Below are positions 19,909 to 27,158 of a stretch of 32,000 nucleotides of DNA, piece after piece. The notes below the pieces were generated by a model. The model was not told the DNA's origin and did no database searches. It was given only the letters and a program-made list of their open reading frames with translations. The translations under genes and the position numbers were made by a program. The stretch lies in assembly GCA_020024475.1 (NCBI GenBank), contig JAHHTS010000022.1:1-32000 (forward strand), given 5' to 3'. The DNA is from Oscillospiraceae bacterium (GTDB lineage: Bacteria; Bacillota; Clostridia; Oscillospirales; Ruminococcaceae). Position 1 is the stretch's first letter. The number at the start of each line of letters is the position of its first letter.

Positions 19909-20046
19909 TTTGACAATTCACTGCTTCAAAAAGAATTATTGGAAGAATTACAGCCATATGCCCGCCAAAATAATATTTCTGCAAATGAACTGGTTGCTCA
20001 ATGTTTCAAATATACAATGCAAAAGAAAGTTACAAAAGACAAATAG
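19909..20046 (+). pseudogene. Ribbon-helix-helix (CopG/antitoxin-like) gene remnant lacking a start
   Basis: 45 codons: FDNSLLQKELLEELQPYARQNNISANELVAQCFKYTMQKKVTKDK*. This has the RHH helix A/helix B pattern. A TAG lies immediately upstream and there is no start codon. A terminator-like hairpin follows. Confidence 0.3.
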
Positions 20047-20057
20047 ATAAAAAACAA

Positions 20058-20100
20058 CTGCATTAAAAGATTATACTCTTTTTAATGCGGTTTTAATTTA
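20058..20100 (+). terminator. Rho-independent-type hairpin after the RHH remnant
   Basis: Stem gcattaaaaga / tctttttaatgc (20060-20088) followed by ggttttaattt. Confidence 0.4.
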
Positions 20101-20330
20101 CATTTCTTCTGTCAATACTATATATTATAAATCACCATTTCCTCTTTTAAGAGATCTATGTGATTCTTTTGATTTTAATTAAAACTGTAATTTGATAAGA
20201 TTACACATACCGTTAAGCTTTCAATAGTAATATTAACCTTGTTCTTTCCTCTTGAGTTTCAATTTCTACAATGCCTCATTTGTTATCTGGAACTACAACA
20301 ATTATTGTTTCATAATATATTTCTATTTTA

Positions 20331-20594
20331 TTAATATCCCAAAAATATTATTTTAAAATTGTTTTTAATATCATCCTTTGTTGCAACTTCCAATAGATTC
20401 TGGAAATAAGTATTCACTTTAACCGTATAATCTACAAGCACATCTTTTCACATTAATATTTCAGCCAATACTTTTAAATCGTCGTGTAATATTCTTTCTA
20501 TAATTTCATCTATTTTTTTGATATTCCCATCAATTTCAGTCACATCTGTTTGTATAGTCTGCTCTGTTTCCGATTCTTCGTTTGAAAATAACAT
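20331..20594 (-). pseudogene. Unidentified 87-codon reading frame interrupted by an in-frame TGA
   Basis: ATG at 20594 opens a 48-codon frame ending ..HDDLKVLAEILM, then TGA (20450-20448). The same frame continues KDVLVDYTVKVNTYFQNLLEVATKDDIKNNFKIIFLGY to TAA at 20333-20331. No family recognised. Confidence 0.3.
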
Positions 20595-20712
20595 TACTTA
20601 ACTTGAGCCAAATACCAGAGATTAAAGTTTAAAATTGAAAAACTTTAACTGTTGCTGAAATTTAAAAAATCTCCAACAAAAACTTGCTCTTTTGGAGAAA
20701 TAAAATAACATT

Positions 20713-21322
20713 CTAAAACAGTATCTATCTAAAAAAGTAATAAACTAAAAAGGAGCTGTTATTAAAAAAATTATCTAATCATCATAGTATAAAAATTTTA
20801 TTAAAAGTATTGAAAATACACAGTAGTACTAACTATTGATAATATTAGGCGAAAGGTTTACGTAAAATAAGTGTTAATCATGTATCAATATCAATTAAAC
20901 AACTTAATATACATTCTATTGCAATAAAAAAGCATAAACACCACAAACAAAAACTTAACTCTACTATTTCTCATTAAAATCTTGCAGAACAAAAATTCAC
21001 AGCCAATAAATCTAATCAAATATGGTTATCTTATATTATGTATATCTATACCATTAAAAATGGTTGGACTTATTTATCAAGCGTAGTAGATGTTTATACC
21101 AGAAAAATTATTGGTTTTTATGCTAAGAAATAGATAAACATATTATTTTATTTGACATTAAAAACGCTTGCCTTAATCAAAGCTACCCTAGCGGTGTTAT
21201 CTCACACAGTAATAGTAAATTTCAATATAACTCCAATAATTATATATATTTTGCTATCAGTTTTAATACAAACTTTCTCTATACTAAAATTCGTATTTTC
21301 ATGCTCAGATTATTGACTATAA
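20713..21322 (+). repeat. Right copy of the 610-bp direct repeat
   Basis: Identical by eye to 290..899 over the full length. Confidence 0.93.
20731..21322 (+). pseudogene. IS3-family transposase orfB remnant (second, identical copy)
   Basis: Same sequence, the same internal stops, frameshift and truncation points as 308..899. Confidence 0.75.
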
Positions 21323-21518
21323 TCTAAATAACATATATGTACACTGAGTTTTAATATTGATTATATAATTGTATTTTTTTACTTTTCATAGTTTTATATT
21401 GTTCTATTTCTCAAATAATAAAGAATTGCTAATGTATATAAATTGATATAATTATAAACAAATATTGCCAAAATGTTTGACTACAACAAAGTTAAATCTA
21501 CTTGGTGAGTTTTCTTCG

Positions 21519-21547
21519 TTGTTATTTTGCAAAAAGCACTATATAAT
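21519..21547 (+). promoter_or_regulatory. Candidate sigma-70-type promoter for the MazG-like/nuclease/helicase cassette
   Basis: TTGTTA (21519-21524), a 17-nt spacer, then TATAAT (21542-21547), about 70 nt upstream of the ATG at 21617. Confidence 0.4.
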
Positions 21548-21616
21548 ATGATTAATTATATATTTAACTTAAACTATAATCCAACTATTTAAACTTTTTT
21601 AAGAAAGGCTATATGT

Positions 21617-21937
21617 ATGGGCGTAAAACATTACCAAAAACTGGTGCGTGATCGCATCCCTAAAATCATAGAGGCAGATGGAAAATCTTGTATAACAGAA
21701 GTTCTTTCTGATGAAATGTACATACAAATGCTAGATGCAAAGCTTAATGAGGAATTATTTGAATATCAAGAAAGCAAATCATTGGAAGAGCTAGCTGATT
21801 TATTAGAGGTAATACAATCAATAGTAAAAGCTCGAGGATGGAGTTTGGAGCAATTGGAACAGGTTCGTATTGAAAAAAATTCTAAACACGGTGGATTCAG
21901 CAAAAAGCTTCTGCTTAAAGAAGTAAATGATAAGTGA
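21617..21937 (+). CDS. MazG-like all-alpha NTP pyrophosphohydrolase (small house-cleaning type)
   Basis: 106 aa. KLVRDRIPKII...LSDEMYIQMLDAKLNEELFEYQES...EELADLLEVIQSI...RIEKNSKHGGFSKKLLL shows paired EExxE / EExxD metal-binding helices typical of this family. GAAAGG RBS. Confidence 0.75.
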   Translation: MGVKHYQKLVRDRIPKIIEADGKSCITEVLSDEMYIQMLDAKLNEELFEYQESKSLEELADLLEVIQSIVKARGWSLEQLEQVRIEKNSKHGGFSKKLLLKEVNDK

Positions 21938-21946
21938 GGTAAGTCT

Positions 21947-22288
21947 ATGGAAAATACACGATACGAATCTTGCACTACATCAGAAAATATATTTGCCAAT
22001 CTATTTGTAGACACTTTCGGTGCCGAAAAAGCAGACTATCTATACCCACAATATCATTTTTATGATATTTACCAGGGAAGTCGTTACGCTGATTTTATGG
22101 TAGATGCTGGAGGTCGAAAAGTTGTTATTGAGATTGACGATGAAGCCAGTCACAATAAGCAGTTAGTATCCTCTGGCAAGTTCTATGATGATTTACTCAA
22201 ACAAAACAGCATGGTTCATCTTGGTTGGGATGTTTACCGCTGGGCAGTGCGACAACTACAAAAAGAACCAGAAAGAGTCAAGGATTAG
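21947..22288 (+). CDS. DUF559/Vsr-like PD-(D/E)xK nuclease domain protein; probably the severed N-terminus of the downstream helicase
   Basis: 113 aa. YADFMVDAGGRKVVIEIDDEASH ... LLKQNSMVHLGWDVYRWAVRQL fits the DUF559 pattern (DF..., vEvDG..H, R..L...GW.V.R). GAGG RBS. It ends in a TAG that is in frame with the next ORF. Confidence 0.7.
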   Translation: MENTRYESCTTSENIFANLFVDTFGAEKADYLYPQYHFYDIYQGSRYADFMVDAGGRKVVIEIDDEASHNKQLVSSGKFYDDLLKQNSMVHLGWDVYRWAVRQLQKEPERVKD

Positions 22289-22378
22289 CTTCGTATTTTT
22301 CTAGGTACCCATCCACACTTTCAAGAAATTGATGATTATCTACCCAAACAGCGTGGCAAGATATTAGACGGTTCTAAT

Positions 22379-24226
22379 TTGAAGCTAAAACAGCATCAAG
22401 TAGCCGCACTTAATGCTTTAAGTGAAATGCGTACCAACCATGAATCTATTGCCATTTTATATCATGCAACTGGAACCGGAAAGACAGTTACTGCAGTGAT
22501 GGACGCCAAGCGATGTGGTGGTAGAGTGTTATTTTTAGCACATACTCAGGAGCTAGTTAACCAGGCGGCAAAGTCTTTCCAAAAATTGTGGCCAACCGTT
22601 ACTGTGGGTCGATATGTGGAAGATATAAAGCAGTCCGATTCCCATGTAGTTTGTGGCAGTGTACAGAGCGTCGCCTTGCATTTAGACAGTTTTAGAGACA
22701 TAGATTTTGATTATCTGATTGTGGACGAAGCACATCACGCTGCCGCTGATACATACCAAAAGGTTTTATCATTTTTTAATCCATCGTTTACACTTGGATT
22801 AACTGCTACTCCGGAACGTGCAGATGATAAAAGTATACTGGATATTTTCAAAAACACAGCCCACAAAATCGACATTCAGACTGCTGTGGAAATTGGAGAA
22901 CTCGTACCTGTGCGATGTATTCGAATCCACACAAATATTGATCTAACCAAAGTACGGTTTTGTGGTGTTCAGTACAACATCCGTGATTTGGAGAGTAGAA
23001 TCTATGTACCAGAACGCAATCGTTTAATTGTACAAACATGGATGCAGTATGTTAAAAATAAGCGCACAGTAATATTTTGTGCTTCCGTCAAACACGCAGA
23101 ACAAATTGCAGCTATGTTTTGTGAACAAGGTATCTCTGCTGTAGCAGTGTCTGGCGCTATGAAACAATCCGATCGCAAAGAATTTCAAGATAGATTTGTA
23201 AACCGAGAAATTCAAATTCTCTGTGCTTGTGATTTACTGAACGAAGGATGGGACTGTCCTGAAATTGAAGTTCTATTCATGGCTCGCCCAACCATGTCCA
23301 AAGTTCTGTATACTCAGCAACTTGGACGTGGGATGCGCTTATACGAGGGAAAAGAAAGTTTGATGGTGTTTGATTTTGTGGATAACGCAAGCCAATACAA
23401 TGCCCCATATTCATTGCACCGTCTATTCAAATTGAAAGAATATCACCCTGGAAAACTGGCTATATCACCAAACGCAAAAAGAGCAGCCGAGGAGAATCTA
23501 TACTTAAAAGGAGAAAAACCGGATGCCTTAATTGACTGGCCTGTTGATGTTACTGATTACGAGGTGGTAGATATTTTCAACTGGCAGGAAGAAGCCATAG
23601 GTATGATTTCTCAAATGGAGTTTGTTCGCCGTGTTGATGTTCAGACAGAAACTATTGAACGATATGTAAGGGAGGGCAAATTGGTTCCAGATTTGGTAGT
23701 TCCAATGAGTGAACATCGTACATTCAAATATTTCAAGGAAGATACACTTCATAAATATGCGAAACAGTATGATTGGCGCATTATAGACGACAGCAATCGC
23801 AAGGATATGTTTATGGAAATGATACGTCAAATGGATATGAGCTATTCCTATAAGCCTGTGCTTATCAAAGCTATTTTACTATATGCCGACAACAAAGGTT
23901 GTGTAAAATTGGATGATATTGTAACTTATTTCCGTTCATTTTATGAAAATAGACGGTCTATAGGTCTTATTGTAGAGAAATCTAACAGCATTTTCGCCAA
24001 AGGTGGATATACTGATAAGGATGCCACACGAAATATCCTGTCTAACCCTTTCAAGCGTTTTGAAGATATGCAAATAATACGCCATACTAAAACATTGGGA
24101 ATTATCCAGGTCGATGAATCGGTGTGGAAGCATTTAAGCAAAGAGGAAAAATCAGAAATTGAAAAAATCTGCGATAATAAGCTGAATGCATACTATGAAA
24201 ATTTATCTAAAAAAGCCAATAAATAA
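22379..24226 (+). CDS. SF2 (DEAH, ResIII-type) helicase with a C-terminal HTH-like and unknown domain; N-terminus probably lost to the upstream TAG
   Basis: Motif I HATGTGKT, II VDEAHH, III LTATPER, VI QQLGRGMR. The track start is TTG with no RBS. The 30 codons upstream (22289-22378) are open in the same frame. Confidence 0.8.
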   Translation: MKLKQHQVAALNALSEMRTNHESIAILYHATGTGKTVTAVMDAKRCGGRVLFLAHTQELVNQAAKSFQKLWPTVTVGRYVEDIKQSDSHVVCGSVQSVALHLDSFRDIDFDYLIVDEAHHAAADTYQKVLSFFNPSFTLGLTATPERADDKSILDIFKNTAHKIDIQTAVEIGELVPVRCIRIHTNIDLTKVRFCGVQYNIRDLESRIYVPERNRLIVQTWMQYVKNKRTVIFCASVKHAEQIAAMFCEQGISAVAVSGAMKQSDRKEFQDRFVNREIQILCACDLLNEGWDCPEIEVLFMARPTMSKVLYTQQLGRGMRLYEGKESLMVFDFVDNASQYNAPYSLHRLFKLKEYHPGKLAISPNAKRAAEENLYLKGEKPDALIDWPVDVTDYEVVDIFNWQEEAIGMISQMEFVRRVDVQTETIERYVREGKLVPDLVVPMSEHRTFKYFKEDTLHKYAKQYDWRIIDDSNRKDMFMEMIRQMDMSYSYKPVLIKAILLYADNKGCVKLDDIVTYFRSFYENRRSIGLIVEKSNSIFAKGGYTDKDATRNILSNPFKRFEDMQIIRHTKTLGIIQVDESVWKHLSKEEKSEIEKICDNKLNAYYENLSKKANK

Positions 24227-24545
24227 ATGATACTGACTTATAACAGCAATTCTATAAACTATATAGTCTTTAGATTATAAACCTAATTTTAAAAAATATT
24301 TTCTCATAAGTGAGAAACAGTTAGGTAATCCGCTGAATAACTACCTTGAAAGTCTAAATCAAGACTTGCAATGATATTATAGAATTGTAATGTACTGACA
24401 TTGAGATGTTATCATTATTAGAATTAAAATTATATATGTTTTGAACCAAGTATTGCGAATTTAGTTTATACAACAAACTTTTTTAACTAGTGTTTTAAAT
24501 ATTTATATCAAATCTCCATCATAGATAGCTGGTTATATAAAAATT

Positions 24546-24577
24546 AGGAATAGCCTGTATATTATTTGGCTATTCCT
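24546..24577. terminator. Bidirectional rho-independent terminator
   Basis: 10-bp stem aggaatagcc / ggctattcct with a 12-nt loop. T-rich runs follow on both strands. It lies 67 nt past the stop of the minus-strand lipoprotein gene. Confidence 0.6.
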
Positions 24578-24644
24578 TTATTATTTATACTATTTAATTA
24601 CAATTTATCAATTTAATATTCTAAATACCTTATGATTAATTGCT

Positions 24645-25880
24645 TTATACAGTTTCCCATACTCTCCAGCTTATACCATCATCGGTTGTTATGTAGTAAT
24701 TTGTGTAATCATTCTCGGTATTATTTACGCTTACAATACCTATATTACTATCAAAATAGATTATTTTATCAACATAACCAGTTTTATCCAAAACCGTTAC
24801 GTCGGTGAATTTTTTGTCCGAAATGCTCTTTTTAAGCATAATATTACTGCCAAAATTTCCTGAGATATACTTTGTGTCGTCGAAGGTTACCAAATCAAAA
24901 GGCACAATCTGCTCTTCTTCATTAAACAGGTTTTTTATTTTATATTTTTTTGTTTGCTTCCAGTTGGCTCCGTTATCAGTTGATGTAAACTGCAAAATTC
25001 CGTCAGGAGCAAAGAACAATAGTGTGCCTACACCAGATGTGTCAAAATGGAAACTAGCATTGGTTTTACCGTATTTTTCAACATCAATTTTCGGTAAAAA
25101 GCAATAATCAAATTTGCTGTTCATATTAGATCTTGTATTCACAATCACTCTGTCTTGGCTTCCAACATAGTCAACATACGCCGAATATGTATCGGACAAA
25201 TATATACCCATATTCTTTGTAGTTGTCCCTCTTAAAATACACATATAGCCTATTTTTTCTTTCGTAATTGGTGAATAATAGTCAAACCATAAAAGTTCAT
25301 TTTCAAACCTTACTCCATGTTCAACATATCTACTCAGAATATCATCTATCATGGTTATTTCTTCTTTGGTATATATAAGTTTGTTTATGTTGTCTATACC
25401 AAATCCTCTTTCACCTGCCATAACAGAGCCGTCTTTGAGAGATATTGCAGGTTCAAATTTCATAGTTTCTGTATCTGTTGTTATTTCGATAAATATTTCG
25501 CTGAATACTTCGCTATAATTGCCACACACAACAAAAGGTGAATTTCCATCAAATTCAAACATTAAATCCTTGTTTTGACCAAATATATCGTTTTTATAAA
25601 TCTTTGTATTTCTTACATTTTCTTTTGGGATAATAAGATAATATTCTCCCTGTGAAATTTCGTAAATAGGTATTTCTTCCTCATTAAGAAATACCTCGTT
25701 ATATGTTTTTAGTCTGTGTGTAGCCATTTCTTGCTCAAACCCAAGATAAGCTACTACATACATCTTATCTTTTGCATGTTCAAAAATATCCAGTGTTGTA
25801 TTTTTGTATGTTTGCTCTGCTGAGCATGCTGAAAATATTACTACAAATAGTGATGTTAAAAGTATTATTATCTTTTTCAT
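24645..25880 (-). CDS. Lipoprotein with BNR/Asp-box repeats
   Basis: Signal peptide plus lipobox (LTSLFVVIFSAC). Asp-boxes STDNGANW and TTDDGISW. Confidence 0.8.
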   Translation of the reverse strand: MKKIIILLTSLFVVIFSACSAEQTYKNTTLDIFEHAKDKMYVVAYLGFEQEMATHRLKTYNEVFLNEEEIPIYEISQGEYYLIIPKENVRNTKIYKNDIFGQNKDLMFEFDGNSPFVVCGNYSEVFSEIFIEITTDTETMKFEPAISLKDGSVMAGERGFGIDNINKLIYTKEEITMIDDILSRYVEHGVRFENELLWFDYYSPITKEKIGYMCILRGTTTKNMGIYLSDTYSAYVDYVGSQDRVIVNTRSNMNSKFDYCFLPKIDVEKYGKTNASFHFDTSGVGTLLFFAPDGILQFTSTDNGANWKQTKKYKIKNLFNEEEQIVPFDLVTFDDTKYISGNFGSNIMLKKSISDKKFTDVTVLDKTGYVDKIIYFDSNIGIVSVNNTENDYTNYYITTDDGISWRVWETV

Positions 25881-26489
25881 AAATATTACCTCTAATCAAA
25901 CTTTGATACTATACGAAAATATTAACATATATAATTTACTCATTCAATAATATCAGCAACACAATTCCTGACATCAGCAGTATAACTAGAATAATATCCA
26001 TATATGTCTATACAATATAATATATAACCTATGTGCGTTTACTGTATAGTGCCACATCTCTTATCATATTGGTATTTTTATTTTCCGATTACTTACGCTA
26101 TTGTTATAAAGTTTGTAAGTACATAGTTAATGTTTGTATCTATCATATTTCTGTCTATTATGTTCACCAATGCTCTAGTATTTTGAATATTATCCGTATA
26201 ATATATAATCTCGGTCAATTAGTCAGCATATTGGTAAAATGTTTTATTGCATTTTTAATTTTTCCTAAATCTTAACCACTTTGTTCTACTTATTTCTCAT
26301 TATTTTATTTAGTGTATATATTTGTATTTATATAAATTCTATAAACCTATATCATGCTTTCATCTATAGCTTTACAAGCAATATCCTATCTATTATAATG
26401 AAATTAAATTTAATCAATAAAATAACAGATTGTAGTAACATTTAAGTCATTGCTTGTAAGTATAAACAAAGCAATTGACAGGAGACGCT

Positions 26490-26747
26490 ATGAAAAAATT
26501 AAAAATATGGGATTTGGTATCAACAGCTATAGTATTGCTTGGAGCAATGCTATTCTATTTGGGTTGTATAACAACAGAAAGATTTGACAACTTTATGTCT
26601 GCAACTGGGATTGTACTTGTCTCGATAGCGATAATTATTTCATTAATAAAACAGAGATGTCCATTTTGTAAGCATTATTTAGGCTACTTTTTCAGCTCTA
26701 AGCGTAAGTTTTGTCCGTATTGTGGATGTGAAATTGACAGCAACTGA
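26490..26747 (+). CDS. Small two-TM membrane protein with a C-terminal CxxC...CxxC zinc ribbon
   Basis: ATG at 26490 preceded by AGGAGA (the ORF track begins at TTG 26475). Two hydrophobic helices, then CPFCKHY...FCPYCGCEI. Confidence 0.65.
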   Translation: MKKLKIWDLVSTAIVLLGAMLFYLGCITTERFDNFMSATGIVLVSIAIIISLIKQRCPFCKHYLGYFFSSKRKFCPYCGCEIDSN

Positions 26748-27002
26748 TACTGCCTTATAAAATTTTATCGAAAGTAGCCGTGGCTTTATTGTATTCAGTT
26801 TATCTAAAGCCCAACTCTTACTATCTGTCCATTGTTATAAGATATCCATATAATTTAGTTTTCTCTATGCTGTCTGATAACTAACTCTATGTAAAATAGA
26901 GTTTTACTATACAGATTAAATTAAATCTAGAAGTATTTGAGTTTTTTATGGCTCACATTCGCCAGATTATTGACAATATTATAAATCATTATGAAATATA
27001 AA

Positions 27003-27048
27003 CCAAGGCGTGGGCACTCAAAAGAGAGTGTTCATGCCTTGGCTTTTT
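27003..27048 (+). terminator. Strong rho-independent terminator
   Basis: About 17-bp stem (ccaaggcgtgggcactc / gagtgttcatgccttgg, including G-U pairs) with a 6-nt loop, followed by cttttt. Confidence 0.7.
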
Positions 27049-27158
27049 GTGTTACAAAACTAACTAACTATCTATCGGCAAATATATAATATATTTTGTA
27101 TTGTGTAAGTATTTTTATTTTACTTATATTTATTTTACATATTTAACTATAAAATAAA

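Noticed and set aside
22286-22288. The in-frame TAG (and the TGA at 20448-20450) as evidence for recoding: pyrrolysine, or genetic code 4
   Set aside because: brxL clearly terminates at TAG (5087-5089) and pglX at TGA (10027-10029). Long genes contain neither codon internally, so standard code 11 applies.
26033-26275. 80-aa plus-strand ORF in the intergenic region, and the 30787..31032 ORF antisense to the 104-aa membrane gene
   Set aside because: Non-ATG or unsupported starts, no RBS, and AT-driven Ile/Tyr/Phe-rich composition.
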